A DNA stretch of 60,243 nt, counting the filler, from Circinaria calcarea (lineage: Eukaryota): the NCBI GenBank assembly GCA_051942165.1. It is 13 parts of 13 records of this genome, joined end to end, with 100 filler letters (N's around TTAATTAATTAA, not from the genome) between each part and the next. Parts side by side here need not be neighbours in the genome. Positions count along the whole stretch, not along the records: positions 9,310 to 13,861 come from JAVECS010002279.1; positions 13,962 to 18,509 come from JAVECS010002280.1; positions 18,610 to 23,156 come from JAVECS010002281.1; positions 23,257 to 27,795 come from JAVECS010002282.1; 9 more parts are not named here. The stretch is one strand, 5' to 3'. Below are positions 11,040-23,304 of this stretch, one piece after another. Positions within the stretch are counted from its first letter, which is position 1. Every line of letters begins with the position of its first letter. The translations under genes were made by a program, and so were the position numbers. The notes below the pieces were generated by a model. It ran no database searches and had not been told where the DNA came from. It saw nothing but the letters and a program-made list of their open reading frames with translations.

Positions 11040-12880
11040 TAGGTCGAGATGAGGTTATGGCTCGCATCAGAGAGGTAGACGGTCGCGACGTTTCCTTGGG
11101 AGAGGGAGGCGAGGGCGACGTCGGTGAGGCTGGTCGTCCAGTAGGAGTGAGCTACTGTTTTTAAGGGAAAAGCAGGTTGGTGTTAGTGACGGGTTGATTG
11201 GAGTGGGGGGAAGTGGTTTTGACAGGGACGGGATGGTTCGATGGTGGAACAAAACATACCTCCGGTTCCCTTGCGGAAAGTTTGCTCCGAGTTGTTTAGC
11301 ATCTGGTCGTAGACCCAGGCTTCGGTCCAGTACGCCAACACGCACTGCGTATAAAGTTGCGAGGATATGCTCGGCGATTGCGCCTTGTGGATACACGACA
11401 GAAAGACGCCGATGTCGGGACTGGAATTCTCGTTGTCGATGTCCATGCCTTGGAACTGGGAGAAGAGGTTTGGAGAGGTCGGTTGGCTTTGCGGGAAGAT
11501 GTCGATCATGACAAAAGTACCAACGGCGGATTGATAGACGGCAATTGAGGAGAAGTAAGATGCTTTCATGGTTTTTCCTACAGATAGAGCCGGTACAACA
11601 GTTGAGGCGATGGCGAGCTTGGTGTTGTTTGCTGGCGGGATGGTAACAGTATAGAAGTTGACACGGCGCCAAGCTCCTCCACTGTACGTCGACTGCTGCA
11701 GGGCGTTGGAAGCATCTAGGTAAATGAGAGATATCTAAATAGAAATCAATCAGCATAATAATTCATAAAAGCGAGTATAGAAAGAATAGATTGCCGACTT
11801 GATAAGTGCAAGGGACATGATCTTCCGGTGGATGTGTTTCCAGTCATAGAACCTTGACAACCCGCACCAAGTAATCATGCAAGTTTGCTCGCAAGTTCTA
11901 GGACAGAGTTTGCAAATAAAAGCGACAGATTATTTGGACCTCATCTAATGAGAAAAAATACCGATCAAAATAAAAGATAGCATAAAATTTTTGATTGAGA
12001 AGAAATCCCCATCACTCTGCACCGGTTTCTTACCAGCAGCCTAGGGGGTATAATTCGAACTTCTGCGGCAACGCTGGCTGGAATATCGACGCAGGAAGCA
12101 CCAAGTGGTGTTCCTATCTTTGCTTCTGCCTCAATAGTCCGGTTTGATGTAACAGTCCATGTCGACGCGGACAAGAAGTACTGGGCCCCGCGAATGTAAC
12201 CGTTCGTATCTTGGAAAAATACCCAGCGATCACCATTCAGGCATGTTGCACTGGCAATGGAAGTGTTTCTCAACACGACCTGAGAAAGATCGGATGTCCC
12301 GTCTGTGGAATTGCCACACTGTGGTGGAGGGGATGGTGATGAAGCATCGGGTGGATCCGAGGCTGTGGTTGACTTCGTAGATGAGCTAATATCCGTCAAG
12401 TCAATTAGCTCTCCGGCGATTTCCTTCCGTTAATGGAAACTTATGCGCACGCCAACTTTCGTCCGAGAGAACCTCCAACTCCTCCAGCTATTGCCGCGAC
12501 AATAACGACTGCCGCAAGCAACAGGATCACTTTCCACCTTTTTTTCGGACTGTTGCGATCTTTCGTCGGTGGCTGTATACATACTTGCGTCGGAGATGGT
12601 GTCCTTCCTTCTACCGTTTGAAGACTGTCGAAGGAGTACGGCTACGGATCTCGATTAGTAAAATTGCGATGGGCAGGAGCTGAGTTGTCATGAACTACCT
12701 CTGGGGTATTCGGGGAAACAACTTCTGGAAAGTCTAAAGGGAGTACTTCCGGCAGATCTGTAATGCGAGCTTGCAGCAGGCGGTCTGTTTGAAGCTGGAT
12801 GGGTTAGCATATTATATTTATAATGTAACTATAATCAAACAACTCACGGCCACCGTGTTATGTGGATTCGCATGTTCCAT
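11040..12880 (-). CDS. single-pass membrane protein with a fungal fucose-lectin-like beta-propeller region; multi-exon, 3' end uncertain
   Basis: Spliced model MEHANP...LPEV..FPEV..TPE|...KKRWKVILLLAAVVIVAAIAGGVGGSLG (TM) | Ser/Thr linker, RWVFFQDTNGYIRGAQY..STW | ISLIYLDASNALQQSTYSGGAW; canonical introns with branch points. Confidence 0.6.
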
Positions 12881-13746
12881 CGTTGTATCTTTATGAGGGA
12901 AGATGAAAAGTACGTGATAGCGGCCTTTTTCTCAAGATTCCTTATAGAATGTATCCGCGGTCACTATGAAACATGCATACAGCACCCAGCGCACTACATG
13001 GAATGATCTGCGCATGCATGAGTGCTACGCCCACCCTCATAGCAGACAATTGCGACCGGTGTAAGGACGGGTAAAACACATAGTTAATCACCTTGCAAGT
13101 ATTTGGAGGAAGAATACATGCGACTTCAAACGATGAAAAAAATGGTGATCAGTTCTTTCGATATATTATTCGTCTCTAACTTGTCTCTAGAAAATTGGCA
13201 TATACAACAGTTTGGCAGCGCACAGATAAAAAGTTATGAACTTAGTAATAGAACAGGAGATAGAGTCAGCCAATGCTGAGTTCCGTAGGCTTGAGTTCAT
13301 GCTCCCAAACCTGTGAGTGGCCGTGATTTGCACGCTTGTACACCGTTTTAGATAAGGGGATCCAATCAACCACATTAAACATATAATTAGCCTCGAGGTG
13401 CTTTGATACCTATGCTCCGGCGCAACATTAAGTCCAACCTGATTCTTGAAATCTTAGACGTCTCTCCTATGCCATACCTAAGGTCTTATAGAAATGCCTC
13501 AGCATAGTACACAGGTCACTTCATGTCTCATGTCTCATGCTGTTCCGGGTTTCCGAAAGGCTGTGCTATGTGAATCTCTCTGGTCAATAGACCTTCTCTT
13601 TGTACATTTTTTCTGGATATATACTAGCCATGTATACATCCGCGGAGTGCAATGCGTCCGGTTAGCTCCATGAATTGAAAGACCAACGCCAATTGCCATG
13701 CTCATATGCTGCAATTGTGAAATCAGGGAATCCTGTGAAGAAAGGG

Positions 13747-13861
13747 TCACAGTGTCGCTGCCGCCTCAATCGCCCCGGCGGCCTTGAATGACTTCTTACT
13801 CGTAATAACCACCTCAACAGGATACTTCCACTCCATGAACTTTGCCCAACCTAGCACAATC
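13747..13861 (-). CDS. possible C-terminal fragment of a gene cut by the contig end
   Basis: Open frame IVLGWAKFMEWKYPVEVVITSKKSFKAAGAIEAAATL* from the contig edge; no family recognised. Confidence 0.3.
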
Positions 13862-13961
13862 NNNNNNNNNNNNNNNNNNNNNNNNNNNNNNNNNNNNNNN
13901 NNNNNTTAATTAATTAANNNNNNNNNNNNNNNNNNNNNNNNNNNNNNNNNNNNNNNNNNNN
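13862..13961. other. artificial contig spacer
   Basis: 44 N + TTAATTAATTAA + 44 N. Confidence 0.99.
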
Positions 13962-14993
13962 ATTGTCCTCACTACGGCCGCCACCTACTCTATATACCCT
14001 GTCCCCGCAGTCTTGCTCCCATCTACCACCGTTGCGCCTTCGCTATCGGCGCTCACCCTTGTGTTCCTTACTGGTGGCACGGCGCTATGTACCGCGTCGG
14101 CAAACGCCCTGAACATGCTCATAGAACCTGAGCACGATGCGAAAATGAGTCGAACACGTAATCGTCCTCTAGTGAGAGGCCTTATCAGCAAAAGAGGGGC
14201 TCTGACATTTGCAGGGATAACTGGGATAATAGGGGTTGGAGGTTTATGGTTTGGAGTTAATCCTACGGTGGCATTCCTGGGAGGACTGAATATTGCTTTA
14301 TACGCTGGAGTTTACACCCCAATGAAACGCATATCCGTTGTGAACACCTGGATCGGCGCCATTGTCGGCGGGATTCCACCGTTGATGGGCTGGGCTGCGG
14401 CGGCAGGGCAGAGTGCTACAGGTAATGGGGGTTGGCAGGAATTAATTCTTGGGGAAGAGAATATCGGTGGGTGGTTGTTAGCGGCTTTGCTATTTGCCTG
14501 GCAGTTTCCGCATTTCAACGCCTTAAGCTGGCCAATCCGGGAAGAGTACAAGAACGCCGGCTACCGCATGTTGGTATGGACTAATTCAAGAATGAATGGC
14601 CGAGTAGCATTTCGATATTCTCTATTGCTATTTCCAATATGTATTGGCCTAACTTGGTATGGTGTTACGGATCGAGGGTTCCTCGTCACAAGCAGCATCG
14701 TAAATACATGGATGGTGAGGGAGGCATGGAGATTCTGGCGAAGAGAGGGTCTCAAAGGCAGTGCAAGAGGGCTGTTCTGGGCTAGTGTGTGGCACCTGCC
14801 CGTTATAATGGTGCTGGCTATGGCGCATAAGAAAGGCCTTTGGGAAGGAGTTTGGAGACGTGTGGCAGGAGACGAGCTTGATGATGGCATGTGGATAAGT
14901 GACGACGAAGATTATGATGAGGATGTGCGAGTGGCTGATGCTACGAGGAAAGATTTTATCCCGATCCAGATCTGGGGTACAGATCGACACTAG
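13962..14993 (+). CDS. COX10: protoheme IX farnesyltransferase (heme O synthase), 5' truncated
   Basis: UbiA/CyoE motifs [61 protein letters not shown]. Confidence 0.95.
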   Translation: MVLTTAATYSIYPVPAVLLPSTTVAPSLSALTLVFLTGGTALCTASANALNMLIEPEHDAKMSRTRNRPLVRGLISKRGALTFAGITGIIGVGGLWFGVNPTVAFLGGLNIALYAGVYTPMKRISVVNTWIGAIVGGIPPLMGWAAAAGQSATGNGGWQELILGEENIGGWLLAALLFAWQFPHFNALSWPIREEYKNAGYRMLVWTNSRMNGRVAFRYSLLLFPICIGLTWYGVTDRGFLVTSSIVNTWMVREAWRFWRREGLKGSARGLFWASVWHLPVIMVLAMAHKKGLWEGVWRRVAGDELDDGMWISDDEDYDEDVRVADATRKDFIPIQIWGTDRH

Positions 14994-15433
14994 ACAGCAA
15001 GCGAGAATTAATCTAGTTGATCCATGGTCAGATCTTTAAAGATCTACATTGACGATAGAGCCTCAAAATTCCATGATTGGTTGATTTAGATCATGAACTT
15101 TGGTGCGACTTTCAACGATGAAGACTGAAAACCTCAATCCGGCTACTGGATAACTTAGCGCTGGCTATGCTTGCATCTCGCTTGATCAAGTTTAAGCGCT
15201 AAGCGCCGCTTATCTGATGGGCGCGGTAGCCTTGGAAAGCTGTTATCGATAAATTGGACCCTACATGAAAACGCGTATAAACTCCATAAGCTCGCTCGGC
15301 TCAAAACAATCAAGCAAAAGGCGGGTGTTTCTTGTAAATCCATGTAGTCCAAAAATCAGTATCTTTCAGACATGCTGGACTTCGTGGGGAATATCCGCAC
15401 CATAAAGAACCAGTCTCTTAATTACGGACCGTC

Positions 15434-18400
15434 ATGAGTTTCACGCTCTCCAATTCCTCTTCCTCCTCACTAGCAAGATATCGTCCTGCTGTTCTTGCTC
15501 TTACAGCTTTAGCTGCTGGCTGCTGTGTATACTACATTCACACTAACCTCTGGACATCAAGTCCTCCTTCGACTCAAACGTTACGCCGAAGAAATGCCGT
15601 TCATCGACCGAATACACAGAGGGGATCCAGACAGCGTTCCCCCCAACAACCTACTCAAACAGGTGAACGGGATACAACCGAACCCGCGGCACATGATGGT
15701 TCGAATACCCAAGACAGGCTTTTGCGGGAAGAAGAAAACATAAATGCGGCGCCATCAGCTATCGATGCGGGAGTCGCAGTTGAGACACTGCCACATGACT
15801 ACGACGATGACGACTCCGACTCTTCGTCAAACTTACAAGCGTCAGATCTGCAAGAAACGGTTGTGGAAGACGAAAGTGAACACTCTTGGCGCGAAAGAGG
15901 TGAAAACGATGATTCAAAGAAGGAGGGCCAAAGTTTGTTGAATCTATTATACCACATCGCCGAAGATCAAGCGAGAAGAGATGGATATGTACATCGGCAG
16001 GTTACGTGCAATAGCTGCAACGCGATGCCAATACGGGGTATACGATATCGCTGTGCGAATTGTATAGACTTTGATCTCTGCGAGCAATGTGAGGCAATGC
16101 AGGTTCACCCAAAAACGCACATTTTCTACAAAGTCCGTATACCGGCCCCATTCCCGTTCCTTGGTAATCCAAGACAACCACAACCAGTTTGGTATCCTGG
16201 GAAACCATCCGCCGCGCCTCAGCCCCTTTCTCGTGAGGCGAGCAAGAGATTCTGCAAATCCTCTGGTCTTGAAGATGCTGAGATCAGCGCTTTATGGGAT
16301 CAGTTCCGATGTCTGGCGGGGACGGAATGGGCGGAAGATCCGAATAAACTGGGTTTAGCAATCGATCGCCGAACGTTCGACAAATGTTTTGTCCCCAGTA
16401 CGAGCACTCGTCCACCACCTCCAAATCTCATCTACGACCTTATGTTTGCATTTTACGACGCGAACGGTGATGGTCTGATCGGGTTTGAGGAGTTTCTATT
16501 GGGGCTTGCAAGCTTAAGGACTAAAAACCAAGACGAAAAGCTGAAAAGGGTTTTCCGAGGATACGATTTAGATCGAGATGGCCATGTCAGCAGAAAAGAC
16601 TTTCTGCGAATGTTCAGGGCTTACTATGCGCTTACTAAGGAGCTCGCTCGAGACCTGGTTGCCGGCATGGAAGAAGATGTCCTTGAAGGGGGAGTAGCAG
16701 CGCGAGATATCGTCATGAGCAGTCAGCCAATAAGTTCTGCCTTTTCCGGACCTATTTCAAATGGAGAGCCATCAAGGACGGGAGAGGGAAAGACCCGGAA
16801 TGAGAATGGCGATTTCGTGATATCAGACGGCAATGGGGTCATTGTGGAAAGTGGACGTGATGAAGGTGATCATCTCGAGTTCATAGGCGATGTTAGAGAG
16901 AGGGCAACGTTCGGTAATGTCGGTCCAAGCCAATCGGATCATTTTGAATCAATGTTCACTCAAGGTGAAGGGTTTGGGGACGTCTTCCGTTTTGACGGCC
17001 CCATGGCTGATTCTAATAGCGGCGTCGACACTGGTTTGTTGAATAATGGCCAAGATTCTGGAGAAGCGGACGATAGTGAGACTGGCGATGACGACAATAC
17101 CAACAGTGCCGCTAATCAAGAAGAGGGAGGGACTGGTAATGAGGAGGGGGATAACCAGAACGAGAGCCACCAGAATCAAATTGGATGGCCTCCACCTTGG
17201 GTGCAAGAGCAAGACGTTGAGACTGCACTTGGAGCTTACCTTGCCTTGCATGATATCACCGAACCTAACGACAGAATAAAGATTCTAAAAGCCGCGAAAG
17301 ATAGGGTGGACAATGCAGAGAAGGCGAAACGCCAGTCTGTTAGACAAGAAGCCATCGAGCAACGTTGGCAGCGTCGACATTTCTATCTAAATGAGGAAGA
17401 CGGCGATACACCTCCCGAAGGTTTCAGTGACACATTGAACCCCCTCTCTGCTGATTCACCTCTGACAAATGGAATGGCTGCGGACCATGCCTCTAAAAGT
17501 GGTCTGGACTCATCTCGACGGTCAAGATCATCTTCAAAGGTGCGCTTTGAAGACGATCTCAATGACGAAGAGCACGAAACTCGTTCAAATACGTCCATGT
17601 CTTCACGTAGTATTCCTCTTGGCGAACGATGGGGCGGTTATGAGATTCCCGAAGCGGAAAAGGATGTGGGTCGAGAAGTTCTCTATCAAGTCACTCAGGA
17701 AGGGTTGAACGAAATGTTGGATCCTCTATTCAAAGATAGAGAAGATCTTGCAATGGAAGTCCTACGTACGAAAGCGCTGAGAACACGGCTACGGCTACAG
17801 ATCTCACGTTTTGCAACTGAGCCGATGCAGAAATTACTTCAACTTCAGATCACTGAGATTCAGAAAGCCTGGCGGACTGGGCGCCATATATCCCAAGGAT
17901 TCTCCACACATGGTACAGATCCAGGCATCGTCGGTGAGATTCGGAAGAATATTGCTCTTGGGCATGATTCATCGACCAGGGAATACCATCGGAACCAAGA
18001 GATTAGATCTCAGGTCGGGCTGCCTGTTGATTCCGAATCTCAGAGTCCTTCATTGCCTCCTTTGATTCCGCTATCTCCTCCGAGTGGATTGTCGGCGCCT
18101 TTGCAAAGTAATCCCGTAGATCCGCCGCAAAACGACCCTCCTTCCCAAGCATCCGGCACTGATGGAGTGGAACATGACCGATTGGCAGAGGATGGAGAGT
18201 TATCGTTACCGTCACCCCGAATCAACGACAATGGGTCAAATCACCCCGAAGGGAGTGCGTACCCGCAACCTGCAGTGGAACTCCACGCCGCCGTTACAGC
18301 CTTCAACGAAGCCGATCCCAGCCTCGAAGAAAACATCCTCCAAAAACCCCTCGATGATCTCCTCCAAGAATCCGGCTACAGCATCGCCGGGCAAACCGCC

Positions 18401-18509
18401 ACTAAGCCATCACTGTCAAGTCCTAATCCCGATATCCCCGATTGCACCCTCCCGCAAAACCGACCCAATGCCGTCCCTTCCTCTCCCCATTCCCCACATT
18501 CCCCACACT
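15434..18509 (+). CDS. ZZ-type zinc finger and EF-hand protein with N-terminal hydrophobic anchor, 3' truncated
   Basis: Intron-free ORF over 1000 codons; HRQVTCNSC...YRCANCIDFDLCEQC...HPKTH (ZZ); EF loops DANGDGLIGFEE and DLDRDGHVSRKD; N-terminal AVLALTALAAGCCVYYI. Confidence 0.9.
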
Positions 18510-18609
18510 NNNNNNNNNNNNNNNNNNNNNNNNNNNNNNNNNNNNNNNNNNNNTTAATTAATTAANNNNNNNNNNNNNNNNNNNNNNNNNNNNNNNNNNN
18601 NNNNNNNNN
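18510..18609. other. artificial contig spacer
   Basis: 44 N + TTAATTAATTAA + 44 N. Confidence 0.99.
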
Positions 18610-19489
18610 ACATGAACCGCACACACAACGGCATTCTCAACACCCCTCCCTTTTCTCCTTACCGTGCAAACGGAAAAACAAGCGCCACCGCAGCAAGCAG
18701 TATCATACAGCCAAATGAGGACTCAAAAAACGTGCGGGGAATAAGGGGGAAAACAGCAAGTCAAATAAGTGCAAAGCCAGCCAGCCAGCCAGCCAGAAAT
18801 AGATTTACGTTTTCCGATTTAAAAGGGGGAAATAGATCAGACAGGCGGTGGGTAGATCTGTAGGGGAAAAGCGGGGGCTCGTGTGGAGGGAAAATTAGGG
18901 ACGATTTTCTGCTATTATTATTAGGCTTAAAATGGGGTAAGGAAAATTGCCGTTGAGGAATCATGAGGGAGAAGTCTATTGTTGCTGAGAGAACAGAAAC
19001 GGAGGTAATACGGGCATGGTATGGCGTGGGCATGCAACACCCCGCTATCTGTTGAGCAGTATATATAGCGGGCATGCATATATATTATCACTATAAATAT
19101 GATTATACTAAACGAATTTACAGCAGAAAACTTTATAATTTTTAAATGTAATATTTAAAAAAAAATTAAGCACAAACCTTAAAAATCCGTAGATCACACG
19201 ATGGTTCGGTTAGTGTAAGGCCGTAGAATACTTTACTTGTAAAGTATCTAAAGCTAAGGTATGTGGTAATGTGAGGCACGAGCAATTCGATGGCTATACG
19301 CAGTGTATGCGAGAACTAATCATTACAGAGGAAGAAGTGTGCGAGTGAAAGGTTTTCACTATACGCCAAGACGCCAATTAAACGAGGTATCGCCACCCCC
19401 TAACCGTAGGGCCTGACAGTTAGCCTTATTAATTTAATATACTGCGTACTGTACTAGTTGGTGATTTTGCAACTCTGTATTCCCCACTT

Positions 19490-19522
19490 CTATGCTAATG
19501 CTATGCTATGCTATGCTATGCT
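19490..19522. repeat. (CTATG)n pentanucleotide microsatellite
   Basis: ctatgctaatgctatgctatgctatgctatgct. Confidence 0.9.
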
Positions 19523-19714
19523 GTCGCGAAGATTTTTGCCCCTTCCCCTTGCTCAGTTCCACCACACGTGAAGAATTCATATCGCTGGAGACCTCCCTCT
19601 CTAAACCGATACAAAATTCCTTGGCCGTTTTCTCCCTTTTTTGAATTCCTCCCGATGATGGGGCTGCTTCCAAAAACAGCTGGCTCATACCGCCAAGCGA
19701 ACGAGCATATTACG

Positions 19715-21692
19715 CTATTGAGCGGCGAAACAACGATAGAGGTCTTTTTCAAGTCCAGGACCATGAACACTGCTACCGTACTCTTGGATTTTGTTGATAT
19801 ATCCGACGAGGGTGTCGATGTGGCCGCATTCTGTTAGATTACCCTGCCAGAGTTCTTTCAATTCACAGCCCGTCCATTTGCATGGACTGGTCTTTTGTTG
19901 CGTCGAGGTTGAAGAGCTAGTAGTGCTCGAGGTCTGAGCTGAGGTTTTACTGTCATCCGCAGGCTTGAGGTCGACCTTGGCTTTATGTTCGCTGTCATCT
20001 GTAGGTTTGACGTCGACCTTGGCTTTGAAACACCAGAGCCAAAACTTGATATTGTTAAACACAAGCCCGTAATGCCTGAGATCTAGATCGAATTCTTTAG
20101 GGTCCCAAGTATGCGATTGCCTTTCCAGACTTCTTTCTTTGAGGAGGTACCTATTGTAGACAGCAATAGAGCCAATCACAAACAGGTTATCGTGGACTTT
20201 CGTTTCTGAGTCGTTGGGCCCAGTCCCTAGATCATCCACCATCATAATCGTGAAGTATGGTGCAAGCAGACGTAGGCCTGACTCATACATGTGGCTGGAA
20301 ATCATATGCTGATGCTTTGGTGAGATCTTTTGCCTCTGTAGCCAGTAAACCGCTGTTGGCCGAATCCTTTGAACATGCTCAAGCTTGAGGGTACATTTAG
20401 CACCTTCACTCTTGTATGACGCATCGGTGGTAGATGGCGAAGGTTTCCCGGCTGATGGTACCGGTTTGCCGCGACCTTTTTGAGTGTTTTTGGATGATTG
20501 GGAAGGTGCCGCGATTGACTGTGATGCTGAGTTTCCCGAATATATTCGAGGGAGCAAACTCATGCTGGCGTATTTTGTCTCTCTATCATTTCGATCATAG
20601 AACTCTTGCTCGATTAATCTGGCGGGTTCCCACGCGTCATGTTGATCACGGTCTGCTGTGGGCCCATAAAAAGATGTGATTTCTTTCAGGAAGTAACCAG
20701 TGATGGCATTGAAATACGCGGCTTTTCCAGCCTTAGTGACGAGCAGGCGGTTGAGAGTTCTGGTAACATCTTTTGAGAATTCCTCGCTGATATTGATCAG
20801 TAGTGCGGAGTTTGTAAGGTTCTCAGTTCCAGATATGACATTCTTGAAGTGGGTGGTGGAGGCCTCAATACCCCCTTCCTTGATCTCACATCCGCATGGC
20901 TTAAGCACCGACCAGCGGAATGATGAATCCCCGGTGCTAGTTTCAAAGTTACTGCTTGGCAATAAGGCTGCTTTAGATATTGAACCTGCCATAACCTTTT
21001 CCCACAGGTTACGAGTTGCTTCTGGGTCTGTATGTGGGATTCTCCGATGATCATGAAACTTCGGGCTAGTTTTCGTGGTCCAGGAAGGGTTTGAATTACT
21101 TCGTTTTCCGATTTTCCTTTCGTGGTGTCAGCATTTTGGTTGCTTTCTTAAGCGAAAAACCTACCGTGTTGTTGTAGAATCATGTGCTGCTAGAAGCGAA
21201 GACTTATCGTCCAGTGTTAAGTCAAATGGATTTAGAGGCTTTCTTGCCCGATTGGTATCAAATGTTGTCAACGGCAGCCGTTTGCGCGGAAATCCGGTCT
21301 AAAATCACAATCAGGTGTTTGATAGCAGGCTTGAAAGGCAAAAGGATACTTACCAAACTTACTCCACGGGCTTTGTGCAGGGAAGCAACTGTGGGATTGA
21401 GATATCCGGAATCTATGAAGCCTTGCCTTGGGATTGACCCCATAGAGGGTCTAGATTCATCTAGGCATGAAAACTTGCGTGTTTGACCAGACGAAGATGG
21501 TGCAGTGGGCTGCTGCAGGCTGGATGAGTTGGTATCCGGATGAGCTTCCTGATTGATCGTTTGGACGACAGAATGAAGAGATTGACATGTCGATGGTACT
21601 CCATTGACCTCCGTCTTTAGTAACGGTGCATCTGCCAAGACAGGCAGCGATGACGGGGCTGCTCCATCACAGAAGGTATCATATTTCTCCAT
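19715..21692 (-). CDS. hypothetical protein, probably 3 exons, with a degenerate PD-(D/E)xK-nuclease-like C-terminal domain
   Basis: ORFs 21692-21258 and 20992-19715 can be joined through GTAAGT...TTTTAG and GTAGGT...GCTGAC..AAG introns; C-terminal motifs PYFTI, GSIAVYNR, LRHYGL, WTGC, INKIQEYG. Confidence 0.65.
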
Positions 21693-23156
21693 AATGTCGA
21701 ATAACTGTACGTGTATGTTCTTGTTTACACTTTACATCTACAGGCTATTTATTTTGCCTTTATTACTATGGGATTCCTCTAACGCGTTTTGTACTACGGC
21801 GATTTGAGGTTTGTTTTTCAACATTTTGTGTTTGAGCAGCGGCCGACTTTATCCGTGCATCACGTGCCTGAATATCAGATCATGCAGGACACTTGGGGAC
21901 ATTGGATAACTGTTTATTCACACATTAGCCCCTACACCGAGCACAGAATCCGCCGTATAGCGCTCCTCACAAGGAAGACGAGATAACGATTGATGGTAAG
22001 AATTTAGCCATAAGATAAAAACAGCGTGAGCGAGCGGGAAGGACGAAGACGCTACTGATGAAGACGCGACTGATAAAGGCGCTAGTTATAACAAAGTGAA
22101 CAATTATGCCGGCGTTCTAAAGAGAGGGGGCACAAAAAATCTGGTACGAAGCTGTTCATTACACCGGAATCTGGGAACAGTAGCCAACTAGACTGCGGTT
22201 TCTCTGATAAAGGTAAGTACGGCATATGACAACCGTGTGAAGTTGAAGGATATATATAATTTAGGTTCAGAAAATTCTCTCTCCCTGGCCCCAGCGGCCC
22301 TCACATTCGTATCCCTTCACCTTTTTTAAATTTTGAATACATAATAATACGTGATTTATTCCACATCGAAGACCTCGCATAGCAAAATCCAGAAAGCGTG
22401 ATTCCCTTAAGTTTTTTTTTAGCACCTACCTCTACCATAGGACCTGAAGCCCATCTGATCTGGCGAAAACACCCACCGCTCCCCTCTTTATAGACACTAT
22501 AGCTTTTGACATTCTTTATCCCAACTCCTCCCACTTCCCCGGTATCAGTAGCACTATCTATGTTTATACTATAGCCTATCAACGACGTATCCCCCATCTT
22601 TCGTTTCCCTTACCCAGTACACATGATCTCTACACGTCACCCTCTAATCAAAACCCCTTCAACCCCTTTATCCCATCCTCCCTTAACCCCATCCCCCTAT
22701 CCCCACAGAACCACTTCCGACCTCCGACCTCCGACCTCCGACCGCCAAATCGCAGCAAACTATACCATATAGCCTCCCGCGAACTTTCATCTCCATTTTT
22801 TCCTTTAAAAAAAAGTCCGAGGACGATTCGAGGACGATTCGAGGACGCGCGATCGAACCGTTCATTTCCTTTTTTTATATATATAGAAGAATAGCTGTTT
22901 TTTTTAGAACTATTTTTATAAAGAGGAAGGGGGGTGGAATGGGAGTGGGATGGGATAGGATGGGATTGGATAAGAACATTAGGATTCAGTTGTTGACCAT
23001 CAGTTAGAATACAAAGGTACCCCCCCGAGTCCAAGGTAGAGTAGAAATCGACAATTCTGGATTGTTTATTATTATGATTAACTATTATTAATATAGGTTA
23101 TTAATCTCCTGATATCTATACTCTTACTCTTACTCTTACACCCCACCCCATATCTC

Positions 23157-23256
23157 NNNNNNNNNNNNNNNNNNNNNNNNNNNNNNNNNNNNNNNNNNNN
23201 TTAATTAATTAANNNNNNNNNNNNNNNNNNNNNNNNNNNNNNNNNNNNNNNNNNNN
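23157..23256. other. artificial contig spacer
   Basis: 44 N + TTAATTAATTAA + 44 N. Confidence 0.99.
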
Positions 23257-23304
23257 ACCGGCTATTCTATTTATACAAAAGATAAAAATCCCATTTTCAA
23301 GTTT

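Noticed and set aside
22640..23156. Short tandem repeats (CCGACCT, GAGGACGATTC, GGGAT-like, TACTCT) near a contig end
   Set aside because: Ordinary low-complexity sequence; not telomeric TTAGGG and no unique spacers.
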